Below are positions 11,701 to 20,458 of a stretch of DNA of 48,725 nucleotides, piece after piece. Every line of letters begins with the position of its first letter. Position 1 is the stretch's first letter. Position numbers and translations under genes: made by a program. The stretch lies in the IMG/VR virus record IMGVR_UViG_3300011335_000092, positions 1-48,725 of that record; one strand, given 5' to 3'. This DNA is from a virus. Lineage: Duplodnaviria > Caudoviricetes. The notes beneath the pieces are model-generated. The model saw nothing but the letters and a program-made list of their open reading frames with translations, was not told the origin of the DNA and did no database searches.

Positions 11701-12658
11701 AAACCCCATCTTCAATCATTTTTTTATAGTACGGGCTAGACTGCGCTAACGTAGCCTCATCCATATTAGCTACATATTCTTTTGCGGATTGGATACCTTC
11801 ACCAGCACCTTGCCCATAACCTACTGTACCAACTGCAGCGGATTGAGCACCAGGAGCAAGCTTCTTAGTAATAAGTGCCGTAGCAATGACAGGAATTAAT
11901 GAGCCTAATGCTTGAGTAGCATTTAATGAATAACCGTATAATGATGGGTCTTTACCAAAGGATAAATTTTTAGTACTACCCGTTTTGATTGCTTCTAAAA
12001 GATTACCAGATGGTTGACTAGCCTCCATAGCTTGTTTAGCTTCAGGAGTTACTGATTCGTTTAATTCTTTTTGTTTTTGTATACCATATTCAGCAGCTTC
12101 TTCTGTTCCTGGAATATGAGGTACGCTAGATATAGCCCTATCTAAAGCTATTTTTTGGTCTAAGTCTTTTTGGCGTTGTTCTTTAGTACCAACAACATTA
12201 CTTACAAAGTTTTCAGATACTCCAGCAGGTTTACCTTGTACTAAATTTTCCCCTGCCTGCAACGCTGTTTTTGCTAAAGCCCCAGTAAATCCTGGGCCTG
12301 ACATATTATTAGTCTGTAAAGCCTCTAACCCCATACGAGGTAGGTTACGCACACCAGCTTCTAATGCTCTAGGTAATCCAGCAACTGTATTTACAACAGG
12401 GCCAACTACACCAGAATTTAGATAGTCTAATGCCTTATCACCAAAACTAGATTTAACTTCTTCTTTTGGTTTAGGTTTTTCTTCTGTGGGTTTAGCTTTA
12501 GCTGATTCTTTATTAATTAAATGAGAAGTAATTTCATCTTCATTTACCCCAGCTTTACGTGCGCCATCTAAATTATAATTATGTTTTTTGGATAAATAAT
12601 CATTAATTTCAGCGTTACTAAGGCCAGCTTTACGTGCACCTTCAATATCATATGCCAT
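5705..12658 (-). CDS. Giant internal virion/ejection protein of large-polyvalent type with zincin-like metallopeptidase domain, 2317 aa
   Basis: Last gene of the structural operon (P22 gp16/T7 gp16 position); HExxH INHEVTHY at about 9485-9499 with downstream EFIAE; Ala/Gly hydrophobic N-terminal region; C-terminal LPD38-like helical region (QLPWGFGLG). Confidence 0.75.
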   Translation of the reverse strand: MAYDIEGARKAGLSNAEINDYLSKKHNYNLDGARKAGVNEDEITSHLINKESAKAKPTEEKPKPKEEVKSSFGDKALDYLNSGVVGPVVNTVAGLPRALEAGVRNLPRMGLEALQTNNMSGPGFTGALAKTALQAGENLVQGKPAGVSENFVSNVVGTKEQRQKDLDQKIALDRAISSVPHIPGTEEAAEYGIQKQKELNESVTPEAKQAMEASQPSGNLLEAIKTGSTKNLSFGKDPSLYGYSLNATQALGSLIPVIATALITKKLAPGAQSAAVGTVGYGQGAGEGIQSAKEYVANMDEATLAQSSPYYKKMIEDGVSPEEARKVVSDRAAEYAGQLQGAVSAFGGEVTGKLITGGFDKVIDKYAKNRLAKIALGTAASTTEEGTEEFVEGIASDIGINKAVVKEIGADSFANFVLGALGGAPVGAVSGARAKSETDETTPPPTTPPTTPPGTQQAAATSSAFSADELNESETGKTVGVTSKDDNLNKLLEGADNVGADGAPIGPSIEVVKPRRGKSAKGAGATNTAGVDGAGAAISSTDAGAQGEQSPLNEIEQNLIAKMQESGSEFKDVNHVKNWVKKHIFKGDLDGTNQLQQNNPEIFKRLLAEHKNQSTKNQEQKDQQDENHLTDLEDTQNIIEEVKKKEPKSKKAAKAQELLEDATETTEPAMKKAKVRKAKEKAGIVEEKQAEQETPANTKAQEVLSKIISDPNTPAYKKTLAQMFLHPYLLSKGEDAARAPKDVDEAIATAAAEDATDELSLIDIAKRDKALEAEAKQSNESRKAEYDAKVAELVVQGLTLSQARREVGGFKKTVKTKTDVISLKKPDEFHEFSKGFIDEEESAAQQSPAKKADIELRQDFIKSLTPEQKAKFDNLKKNFINQDHTLRANRTRAENTKTRVTKVRTPEQLAEQERLRDEEDFNKRVAAVRKHIAGRKQSRKELAQQQIEQEKIKNEPIEAQNRLAAALEEAIKAGKNIVEVLKTIAGKDYTKNDTTAMLISAHYAKLIKQIKGDVKIVYGAVENGRPAKFDPATNTITISETYNGQETLDEIINHEVTHYLLDHLVDNPKLLSAEQKKALNQLRNQYKRIKTELNNRGQKFDIPNLKEFIAEIMSNKEFQKAVAELPFKETSVSAIAGASSIVKSLETGEEAQTKREARPSFLTDLSRSIARLLGFNRFYTAKDLVDTPYEERNMGYSLQDVIGTIQQMISPEYGYVAPSEEFRGKKVSYAPAKPRRKAPARPRTTDEMIEDSTKTVEDDLPEKAEFAKNVWSTITSPRQTYRNLVKRFQNASVALKMLQRKTDLKNQSIRNQSLRDAQGNTEFNNTYELQSTMFARADVLFNEKMGKYHTKLIEQVKELKNITGKSFAETMGTLDAYLKAMHEPERRRLLFIKNLKLRDDITIKIGNLQGTPSDIKQYIFDALNTRVLTKAQAKYLRSVLDAMVFTDTGDLNAVLGKDRKGTLNMSMVDSVYYANKPNLLDENDQEYSPVNEMQPIEVDRIRGVMNADTNLAKIKEAFKTLQDIEEGTKELYKQANYWSPYATNYVDFYGFEHYVPFKGMPQMAMEKSDNLFYNDTDPLSKRYHEATRGMSGRRSKAANALVQIIVDAKKSGFAVVSNEVAESVANNIRQGHIATTTKDKKPYKSIKFENRENDLTKEELAKQNTLFHYRPDGTIDIYTIKERPILESLRVPYKVRGDLEEATWNFFGGATRYVGQGFTLFNVAFAPWNFARDLATNILNINVEYGAIAMAKSLGNSIKMSTLDTLVGGGMFSCGKAMRLYQANNITKLKQLAQSGNPFYKTFYEMVENGAIVTYLQGVANKSEVIKLADEIGKGNVAKTRDGVVSAFQYWFNMFELTSKIGAMEPIKEAIKRQNPSMTPKEIAAKAAYEVKNLANFEQSGTRGKEMGTLFMFSRAQATGAVRAIDSLSYILPVEVAMKDLSAAERANPQIVAEFKKNYEIKATRARVLSMVLIGLGFASYSMMFMGADDDELNDNKVAKDDAALWTRAMRFTLPGNDNNKVFQLPWGFGLGALTAWGAQLGILVNGNQTYGEFLSNCTQVGLDSYVPLPVSRISFQEHPGKAILDTFTPTVGRPFIEYLMNMNGLGRKIYDDSDLSNTPDAFKGRGSTPEWLNDFAVHLFDISDGEVDLNPNTISFLLSSYVNGVTQFANTVDSISMLSTDEKEFDAKADSIVAGSFIGKLPDYEAREFIRVEAEIKNIKKAMTGKEKLSKEYEYMVDHPEAFDLIERYNADVNGELKDLREEANDIRNDKENTKKVRDDLLKDNAYEQRLLKKGLINQYKILKPDLKTRRDANLD

Positions 12659-12666
12659 ATTAACCC

Positions 12667-15045
12667 TTATTGACTATCAAAATCCGCTGCTTTTGCCCCT
12701 GACTTACTAGATGGGTAGTTAGCTGTAGATAACGCGTCTACTACATTAGTAGGTAAATTATGTTTTTTAGCAAGATAATTAATAAATATCTTACCATTTT
12801 TTTCCATATTATTAATATTTTTTAAGCTAGCGTCTACTTTTGCAAGATATTTTTCAGCGGCTTCTTTATTTTTTACTTGTGTAGCGTCGGGTTGATTACC
12901 TTTTTCAATAGTCTTATTATAATTATCTATTTTAGACTGAGCACTTTTAATATCATTGTCAGTATAATCTGACGCATGCTGTGTCCTTGCCGCAGTTAAC
13001 CTAGTATCTAGGTTTGCATTAGCTTGGTTAATATGACCTTCAGTAGCGCCGCCAGATGCAATTTCTGCTGCTTCTTTTTTACCAAAGTTTTCAAGGAGTT
13101 GTTTGCGCATTTCTGTAACAAAGTTATATTCAGCTGTAGCTGCTTTTTCACGAACCGCATTTCTAGCACCCTTGTCTTGGTTTTCAGCATTAATAATATT
13201 AGTCTTGCGTGTGGCAAATTCGTTTTGAGCATCGGTAAATGCCTTAGCATCACCGTTCATCTGAGCTTGTAACATAGCGTTTTGTGCATCTTGAGCCAAG
13301 AATTTCTCTTTACGTAGACCAGCTTCTTGAGCACGAATATCTTTAAGCGCTGGAGCGTATGCCTCGTTAAACCCACTAATACCTGCACCAATGCCCATAA
13401 GACCAGGCTTGTTAGCATTTTCTAAAATTTTACCAGATGCTTGAAGTAGTGCAAGACCTTTAGCTGTACTCTTAGAATCTTCAATATCAGTTTTTGTTTT
13501 TTCAAACTCTTTTTCGCGTTCTGGGTACAGATTTTTAATACCCATAGATGTTTCTTTAGCACGACGTTCAGCCGCAATTTCTTCTTCAGTATATGGTTTA
13601 TTAGTTTTTGGATTGAGGTAGTTAGCTAATATGTCTTGTAGCCCTGTAGTATCTGTCCTTTCTAATAGATTTGGGTCTAAACCATATTTAGGCTGAACTA
13701 AATCGCCTGTAGAAAACGACACAATACCGCCTTCAGCCATAGTCTGCGTTGGTAGATTAGTTGGAGCTTCGTCAATACCAGCCATGCGAGCAGCTTGTGC
13801 TTCTCTTAAGTTATCTTCTTGGATAGCCTTACCCATAGTTGGAGGGATAGTGCGGTTTTTAATTACTTGTGCTAGCTGTTCTGGGTTTAAATCTTCAGCA
13901 ATGCTTTGACGATTAGCTAGGCTTGTAATGCCGCCGCCCTTGTAAGACTTAACCGTACCGCCTTCGGCTTTCATTAGCTGTGCTGCGCCAGCAATACCAG
14001 TTCCTAAACCAGCTAGTGTGTTTAACCCAGACGGACCCGCTTGATAAGACTGTGTTGTTGTAGACTGCATCGGTAAGCCGCGTAGTAAGTTGCTGATGTT
14101 ACCAAGTTGCATCATTGGGTATTGCTGTGCAGTAGCGTAATTCTGAATTGCTTGATTAATTTTTTGTTGTTCAGAAGCTTGTTGTTGTGCACCATATTGG
14201 TTTTGCATACCAATAATATCTTTTTGTGAGTTAAACTGTTGTTGACCAAGTGCACCTAGTGCGTTAGCGGCTTGACCTAATTGGTTGTAACCTTGAAGCG
14301 CCGCTTGTTGACCCTGTAAATTTAAACCAGACCCATACTGAATATTCTTTTGAGCTGTATCGTAAGCGTTTTGGTAGCCTGTACCAATCATTTGGTTCAT
14401 GGCAGAGTTCATGTTACGGTTGTTTTCAGAAGCCATTAAAGCCTCACGAGACCCGCCAAACGCACCTGCCCTAGTAGCATTACCTTGCTGTTGTTGCCCT
14501 GTAATACCATACTGACGACGTGATTCTTCTAGTGCTGGGTTGAGTGCATTTTGCAAGTATGGGTTCATGAACGCCTGAGTAGCGCCTGGGTTTGTTGCCA
14601 TACCAAAGTAGTTATTACCAGCTTGACCCGCCTGCCCTGCAGTTTGTAGTGAGCCTAACCCCGCCATACCAGCCATCTGCGATGCTTGACCAAATTGACC
14701 TGGAGATTGTAAGTTAGCTGCGCCTTGAAAAGACTTTTGTTGCATAGGGCTAAATCCAGCAACGTAGTTATCCATGTTATTGCTATATGGGGTGTAGCCT
14801 TTAAATCCGCTTACTGTACCGTTAGGGTTAAAGGTATAGACTTGGTTTTGTGCTGCACCAAGCATTGACTCTACATATGGTTGTACGTAGTCAGGTAAGT
14901 TTGAGTTTTGAACCGTAGTATTAGTTGGACCTGGGTCACCACCACCGCCACCGTAGGTTCTAAGTTTACTACCAGCTAATTGTTTCGTAGCTGAAGCACC
15001 AAAGGGTTCACCAAAAGCGTATAGGTCTTGTCTTGAATAACTCAT
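12667..15045 (-). CDS. Internal virion/DNA-ejection (pilot) protein, 792 aa
   Basis: Gln/Gly/Ala-rich helical N-half (AGAFGGSR motif), hydrophobic Gly-rich segments, coiled-coil C-half; position in ejection cluster. Confidence 0.65.
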   Translation of the reverse strand: MSYSRQDLYAFGEPFGASATKQLAGSKLRTYGGGGGDPGPTNTTVQNSNLPDYVQPYVESMLGAAQNQVYTFNPNGTVSGFKGYTPYSNNMDNYVAGFSPMQQKSFQGAANLQSPGQFGQASQMAGMAGLGSLQTAGQAGQAGNNYFGMATNPGATQAFMNPYLQNALNPALEESRRQYGITGQQQQGNATRAGAFGGSREALMASENNRNMNSAMNQMIGTGYQNAYDTAQKNIQYGSGLNLQGQQAALQGYNQLGQAANALGALGQQQFNSQKDIIGMQNQYGAQQQASEQQKINQAIQNYATAQQYPMMQLGNISNLLRGLPMQSTTTQSYQAGPSGLNTLAGLGTGIAGAAQLMKAEGGTVKSYKGGGITSLANRQSIAEDLNPEQLAQVIKNRTIPPTMGKAIQEDNLREAQAARMAGIDEAPTNLPTQTMAEGGIVSFSTGDLVQPKYGLDPNLLERTDTTGLQDILANYLNPKTNKPYTEEEIAAERRAKETSMGIKNLYPEREKEFEKTKTDIEDSKSTAKGLALLQASGKILENANKPGLMGIGAGISGFNEAYAPALKDIRAQEAGLRKEKFLAQDAQNAMLQAQMNGDAKAFTDAQNEFATRKTNIINAENQDKGARNAVREKAATAEYNFVTEMRKQLLENFGKKEAAEIASGGATEGHINQANANLDTRLTAARTQHASDYTDNDIKSAQSKIDNYNKTIEKGNQPDATQVKNKEAAEKYLAKVDASLKNINNMEKNGKIFINYLAKKHNLPTNVVDALSTANYPSSKSGAKAADFDSQ

Positions 15046-15458
15046 ATTAATTTCTCCACCACTGTCTCAGTAGCAATAAGTCCAACTTTTTGTCTATATA
15101 ATCTAATCCGTGCCCCAGAAGCGTATGCTCTAATTTTAGTAGCCCCTTGAGCTTTAGCCCACGCAATTACTTGGTTAAATGTTTCTTCATCTACAACACA
15201 TCTACCGCCTACAGTAGTCATCGTTGCAACCCTGTGATTAGGGAATGAGCTTACTACTATTGTCGCTGCCCCTATAACTTTCTCGTCTTCTACTGCTACT
15301 AACAAAGTTTGTGAGCCGTTAACTAACTGCATCTTTAATTGGTCTGCAGAACAATCAGGACTACCTAACGCTACATCAACTGCAGAATTAATAAATGGAC
15401 CTACTATATCCCACATTTGATGCACATGGACTGGACTTACGGTTTGTATTGTTATCAT
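15042..15458 (-). CDS. GNAT-fold-like protein in the ejection cluster (P22 gp14 position)
   Basis: LLVAVEDEKVIGAATIVV..TTVGG..WAKAQGATKI pattern resembles an acetyltransferase fold; ATGA overlaps on both sides. Confidence 0.55.
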   Translation of the reverse strand: MITIQTVSPVHVHQMWDIVGPFINSAVDVALGSPDCSADQLKMQLVNGSQTLLVAVEDEKVIGAATIVVSSFPNHRVATMTTVGGRCVVDEETFNQVIAWAKAQGATKIRAYASGARIRLYRQKVGLIATETVVEKLI

Positions 15459-17281
15459 CTAGGCATAAACTTTTCTGGTTTAATTTGTTTACCTTGAGCC
15501 TTTTTACCTGTACGTGCAGTACGCACCTTGTCCATCATCTTATATAAGTGTTTAGCGCCTGCATCTGTTGAGCCATTACCTAAGTGACTGACTACGTCAG
15601 CTGGAACTACAAACTCACCATCAGCCAAACGTGCTGGTTGTTTATTACCAATTACTGCAGGGATGTTGTCTGACATGCCATCGCCTGGACCTTTAAGCAA
15701 TCTTGGGTTACCGCCAGCAGCATAACCACCTAAGCTATAACCTGTAATACCGCCGCTTGCCATTTGTTTTTCTTTAGGTTGAGCTTGTGCATTTTGATTT
15801 GTTACTTGGCTAAACACACGGTTAAAATCTTGTGGAGCTACACCTTGCATCATTGCATCATATGATGGAGACGCTACTGCTTGTGCCGCTACTGCCGCTG
15901 TATTAGGATTATAGTCCATCATAGGCACTTGTGCCGCTTGGCTTGCTTGTTGGTAGACTTCAGGTCTAGCTTGAGATGCTTGGAAGTTTGAACCAATAGT
16001 GCCATTAGCACTTTGAATGCCCTCACTAAGCTTACCACCTAGACTACCATCTACAGGTCTTCCACTTCCATCTATATATTGACGATTTTCTTGCCCACCA
16101 AATGCAGATGCCATACCTCTCATCATGCCTGCAGGATTACCTGAAGCAAACCCTTCTAAAGAGCTACCCATAGTATAGTACTGCCCTCTTTGCGGGTCGT
16201 AGTAAACTTGACTTCCTTGACCGTCACTTGCATACCCACCATAAGCATAACGAGCTACGCCGCCTTCAGCCATTTTTAGTGGAGAGCCCATGTATGGGTC
16301 AGTTGGTACTTCATAGTCCGCATTAACTACTTGTGCACTTGTTGGCATTTGGCTTGGTGTCGCATACTGCGTTGTATCTAATCTACCTTGTGGATAATTT
16401 TGATTGCCCCCCATACCACCTTGTGCAAGTGCTGTAATACCACCTTGTGCATACGATTGCATTGTTCCGCCCTCAGCCGCATATTTAGCACTGTAGTATG
16501 GGTTAGGTTGTTCAGGAACATAAGCTGTAAAGTTATCAGGGTCGTAGCCGTGGAGTTTACTTTTTTCTTTTTCAGGTAACTCAGGAATTTTTTTAGGCTC
16601 TAATGCACCCATACCATAGCCAGCCGCCGCCCCTAAACCTGTTTTAGTTAATAAGTCTTGTTTACCATACCAATCTAAACCTTGACTTGCTAAGCTATCT
16701 GGCTTAAGACCTAATGCGCCTCGGATACCTGATTGAGCTGTAGTTGCTTCGTTAAGTCCTTGAGAAGCTTTTAATGTATCCGCAAATGTTTGAGGTTGTG
16801 TAATTGCAGTTTCACCTAAAGTGCTGAGGCCTCTTGGGTCAACTACTTTACCAGCAAAATCAACCCCCGTAGTACCTAAACCCTGAGCAGTATTAATTCC
16901 ACCTATATTTTGTGTAAGACCTGTAAGACCCTGATTAGCGGCTATACTTGGTTGAACAGTTGCTAGAGCTACATCATCTGCAATGTTAGCCCCTGTATTA
17001 ACAGTATTTGTAATAGCTGGTGTAACCGCATTTTTTGCTACTTCTCCTGTAGCTCCCGCAGCCCCTGCTAGAGCTTCTTTACCAAATACAGCACCTGTAA
17101 TACCCGACATTGCACCACCAGTAATACCACCAAGCAGAGCACCTTCTAATACGTCATCACCCGTTGCCAAAGATTTAGCGCCACCCATCGCTGCTCCAAT
17201 AAGCGCAGCCTCACCGATACCTCCACCGATGTTATATCCTGGATGTTTTAAAACGCCTATGTTAAATTTGTTGCTAAACAT
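15455..17281 (-). CDS. Internal virion/ejection protein with tape-measure-like C-terminal domain, 608 aa
   Basis: Gly-zipper N-terminus (AALIGAAMGG..GALLGGITGG); C-terminal GPGDGMSDNIPA..RLADGEFVVPA motif as seen in tape-measure C-termini. Confidence 0.65.
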   Translation of the reverse strand: MFSNKFNIGVLKHPGYNIGGGIGEAALIGAAMGGAKSLATGDDVLEGALLGGITGGAMSGITGAVFGKEALAGAAGATGEVAKNAVTPAITNTVNTGANIADDVALATVQPSIAANQGLTGLTQNIGGINTAQGLGTTGVDFAGKVVDPRGLSTLGETAITQPQTFADTLKASQGLNEATTAQSGIRGALGLKPDSLASQGLDWYGKQDLLTKTGLGAAAGYGMGALEPKKIPELPEKEKSKLHGYDPDNFTAYVPEQPNPYYSAKYAAEGGTMQSYAQGGITALAQGGMGGNQNYPQGRLDTTQYATPSQMPTSAQVVNADYEVPTDPYMGSPLKMAEGGVARYAYGGYASDGQGSQVYYDPQRGQYYTMGSSLEGFASGNPAGMMRGMASAFGGQENRQYIDGSGRPVDGSLGGKLSEGIQSANGTIGSNFQASQARPEVYQQASQAAQVPMMDYNPNTAAVAAQAVASPSYDAMMQGVAPQDFNRVFSQVTNQNAQAQPKEKQMASGGITGYSLGGYAAGGNPRLLKGPGDGMSDNIPAVIGNKQPARLADGEFVVPADVVSHLGNGSTDAGAKHLYKMMDKVRTARTGKKAQGKQIKPEKFMPR

Positions 17282-17321
17282 AATTTAAACCTTTATTAAT
17301 TTAGTTGTATGTTATCATGTA

Positions 17322-17624
17322 TTAAACTGCAGTGCCAGTAGCATCTACCCAGTTAGTGCCATTCCACCAGATAGGAACCCCCAACGTAGTATCAAAGTAA
17401 TTCTGCCCTGTTAATAGTTTTGGGTCGCCTGTGTTAACTGGTCTATCTGCTGTTACCCCTGAGTCAGGAATTACCGTTGCTTGAGTAAAGTTATCTACCT
17501 GTGCAAAATATTGGCGTAGTGCATTAGTTATCTGGTCTTGATACTGCTGACTATATTCAACTGGGCCAATAGGTAAGTTAGGTGCCTTGGTAGCACGGAG
17601 TGGTATGTTCTTTTCGTTAGCCAT
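17322..17624 (-). CDS. Small tail-associated protein, 100 aa
   Basis: Directly follows the nozzle gene (P22 gp26 position); C-terminal YFDTTLGVPIWWNGTNWVDATG fibre-type motif. Confidence 0.6.
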   Translation of the reverse strand: MANEKNIPLRATKAPNLPIGPVEYSQQYQDQITNALRQYFAQVDNFTQATVIPDSGVTADRPVNTGDPKLLTGQNYFDTTLGVPIWWNGTNWVDATGTAV

Positions 17625-20074
17625 TATCTGCGCCCATCTGGTCTAATATCAATACGCGGTAAACCTAACTGCCACGACACACCAAGTCCTGTTGACTCAA
17701 TACGGAATGCCAACTGACGACCTCGAAGCCTTGTATATACCTGCCCTGTAAACTGCTGAATATTGTAGACCTGTGAAACCCCATAATTATCTGCACTTAC
17801 TACTGCTGGACTATCTGCTTGGCTATATGCAGACCCTGAGTTTACACGCGGTTTTACCGTCATTGTTACAGTTGGGTTATTTACTGTTGAGCCGTTAAAG
17901 TTAATATCGGGTAGTATGCGCCACACAAACCCAAAGTTATGTCCATCTTGAATATCAAAATCAGACGATTGAACATAAGAATAAATTGGTTGTGAGCTTT
18001 CTCCAGCGTTATCATCTACTGAAGACTCATGGTATAAAATCCTGTTATTGTAGTCTGCAGCCATTGGGTACTCACGGATACCTGAATCTAACCAAGCAGT
18101 GCGAGCCATAGTGCCATAATACCAAACGCGGTCTACGTAGTTATAGATGACATACTTATCAACCGTTGTACCCTTACTAGATATACTTACATAGAACCAC
18201 CAGATTTCATTGTACCCTTCATTAGAACCCGCAAATACTTGGAATGCTTGGTCTTTATTAATATCATTAAAGATATACTGACGTAATGCACATGGTAAGG
18301 TTTCAACACGGCCTGAATACATATAGAACTTATCAGTACCCATCCAGTAAGTAACGTTGTTAACTGTAATAGCTGCATTAGGTGACATGATAGAAATATT
18401 GTCCATCATGATATTAAAACCCCATACATAAGGCGCACCTAAATACTGCATAGAATATAGTGCTGAATCAGTCCATACTAAGATTTCTTGACGCGTTGCG
18501 CGGGCACACATAATAAATGAACCATTAGTTAAAGCAAACTCCCCTGCCTGATTAGTAACAGCTGGTATCCATTGGTATGGGTCTAATTGGTCTGACCAAC
18601 GAACAAGCATTGGGTTAAAGTCAGTAGCAGGGTCACCTGGGGTATAAGGGTTTGCACCAAAAGCAATAACGAATTTTTGAATTGCTGAGGATACTACTTG
18701 GTTTGTTTGTGTTGGGACATAGGCACTGCCAGCTAATGTTGATAATAAAACCGCACGGGTACTTACCCCGCTTGCTGCTTCCCAGTAAAATATGTTGCCG
18801 CCACGAGGTGCAATTACTAAGTCTTGACCAAAGTTATCTGAAGACCATAGACGTAATTGCTGTTCAATGCCGCCACCTGTAAATGCTGTACCCCAACCGC
18901 GTGTACCTGATTGAGGAATAATAACTACATTAGACCCACCACCCGTGCCTGATGAAGTAGCTTTATCAATTGTACCTGCATCACTATTACTTACGAGTCT
19001 ACCTGGAGTTTTTATTGAGTATGTATTAGCGGTTAAATATGTAATAGCAAAAGTATCATTCAAAGATAATGCTGGGATACCCCTAACTGTAGTATTTGTC
19101 ACTGCAGCTAAAGTTAAATGTGATGCGGCGGTAGAACCTAACGCTCCTCTAGTACATCCTGTAAGCGTATTAACACCTAACCCAGTATAAGTAATAGTTT
19201 CTGAGTCGATAGTAACCGTGCCTGTAGTCAAAAACCCAGAGTTAGAAGTAACAGGAATAGTAGTTGCCGATGCATTTAATGCCCCATTTAGCGTTGTAGC
19301 TAACGGTGCTACGCCTGTAACAACTACATATTGCCCTGTTGTAAGTCCATGTGCGGTTTGGGTAACTGTTACAGTGCCGCTAGTATTTACCATGGTTAAA
19401 GGGTTTGCACCAAGTGTTACTGGAGTATATGGAGACCAAGGACCTGCACCCCAGCCTGTACCCAAATTGAATGTATTTAAACCAACTGGGACTTCATATG
19501 AAATAGTATAGGCTACGCCATTCCCTGTGTCTCCAGCGGCAGCTAATACAGGCAGTCCTGTTGTAGGGCTTTTTGCATTAATTGTGTAAGTTGTGCCTGA
19601 TACTATTGTAGCTACTTGATATTCTTGATTTAAAACTGCAGCGGTAATGTTGGCACCAAGACCTGTAGCGCCTGAAATAATAATATAATCACCGACACTT
19701 GGGGTATATCCAGAAGGGTCAACAATAGTTAGTTTTGAAGAGCCAGTAGATGCAGTAATTGTAGATGTAGGGTTGGTAAGGTTATTTATTTTAACGAACG
19801 GAGTAATATCGTTGTATTCGCCACCTGACTCAATATAGTACTTAATATTAGTACCTACACCAAGATAATTAGAACCGTTTAATGCTTGCCAGTTCCAAAG
19901 ATTTCTAGCCACCCCTTGATAGGTTTCGTTTGATAAGCGTGACCAGCCACCAATCTTTTCAGGAAAACCAGAACGAAAGCGAACCTTGTCCCCATCGTAC
20001 CAACCGCCCTCATTAGCGTAGTCAGTACCTTCACGGTTTAGTCCTGGTCTAAATTCTAGTTTCTGTAATGGCAT
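17624..20074 (-). CDS. Tail nozzle / DNA-stabilisation protein (P22 gp10/T7 gp12-like) with inserted beta-domains, 816 aa
   Basis: Beta-propeller-type motifs (VRWSDQ, ILVWTD, YWMG..FYMYSG, EIWWFY), size and position; Thr-rich insertions in the N-half. Confidence 0.75.
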   Translation of the reverse strand: MPLQKLEFRPGLNREGTDYANEGGWYDGDKVRFRSGFPEKIGGWSRLSNETYQGVARNLWNWQALNGSNYLGVGTNIKYYIESGGEYNDITPFVKINNLTNPTSTITASTGSSKLTIVDPSGYTPSVGDYIIISGATGLGANITAAVLNQEYQVATIVSGTTYTINAKSPTTGLPVLAAAGDTGNGVAYTISYEVPVGLNTFNLGTGWGAGPWSPYTPVTLGANPLTMVNTSGTVTVTQTAHGLTTGQYVVVTGVAPLATTLNGALNASATTIPVTSNSGFLTTGTVTIDSETITYTGLGVNTLTGCTRGALGSTAASHLTLAAVTNTTVRGIPALSLNDTFAITYLTANTYSIKTPGRLVSNSDAGTIDKATSSGTGGGSNVVIIPQSGTRGWGTAFTGGGIEQQLRLWSSDNFGQDLVIAPRGGNIFYWEAASGVSTRAVLLSTLAGSAYVPTQTNQVVSSAIQKFVIAFGANPYTPGDPATDFNPMLVRWSDQLDPYQWIPAVTNQAGEFALTNGSFIMCARATRQEILVWTDSALYSMQYLGAPYVWGFNIMMDNISIMSPNAAITVNNVTYWMGTDKFYMYSGRVETLPCALRQYIFNDINKDQAFQVFAGSNEGYNEIWWFYVSISSKGTTVDKYVIYNYVDRVWYYGTMARTAWLDSGIREYPMAADYNNRILYHESSVDDNAGESSQPIYSYVQSSDFDIQDGHNFGFVWRILPDINFNGSTVNNPTVTMTVKPRVNSGSAYSQADSPAVVSADNYGVSQVYNIQQFTGQVYTRLRGRQLAFRIESTGLGVSWQLGLPRIDIRPDGRR

Positions 20075-20083
20075 AGCTACTTT

Positions 20084-20458
20084 CTACTTTTGTTTTTTTA
20101 CATAGAACAGACTGCGCTCACCGAATAAGTAAAATCCAATCACAGATGCAAAGTTAGATACTTGTTCGTTCACTTCACCATTACCAATAATTGCAAGGTA
20201 GGCCCAAGTGCTTAATACGATTATACCAATCAACGGGCGCATTAGGCGAATAATAGCTTCAACCCAAGGATAACTAGCATTACCACCACCAGCTTCGTTC
20301 ATGGTTTTAAATAGCTCTAGGTCAATCTCTTTCATCTTTGCATACTGCTCGATGGTTGCAGGTTTGAACTGGTCAGGTGCAATGAAACGATTGATTAAAG
20401 ACTTTCCTAAGTCTACTGCTACTGGGCCTAAAGCCGCTAGGATTGTAATCGGGTCCAT
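20084..20458 (-). CDS. Holin-like membrane protein, 124 aa
   Basis: Start at MDPITIL (ATG overlapping the endolysin stop); RPLIGIIVLSTWAYL and IGFYLFGERS transmembrane motifs with a basic C-terminus, resembling 3TM/GTA-type holins. Confidence 0.7.
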   Translation of the reverse strand: MDPITILAALGPVAVDLGKSLINRFIAPDQFKPATIEQYAKMKEIDLELFKTMNEAGGGNASYPWVEAIIRLMRPLIGIIVLSTWAYLAIIGNGEVNEQVSNFASVIGFYLFGERSLFYVKKQK

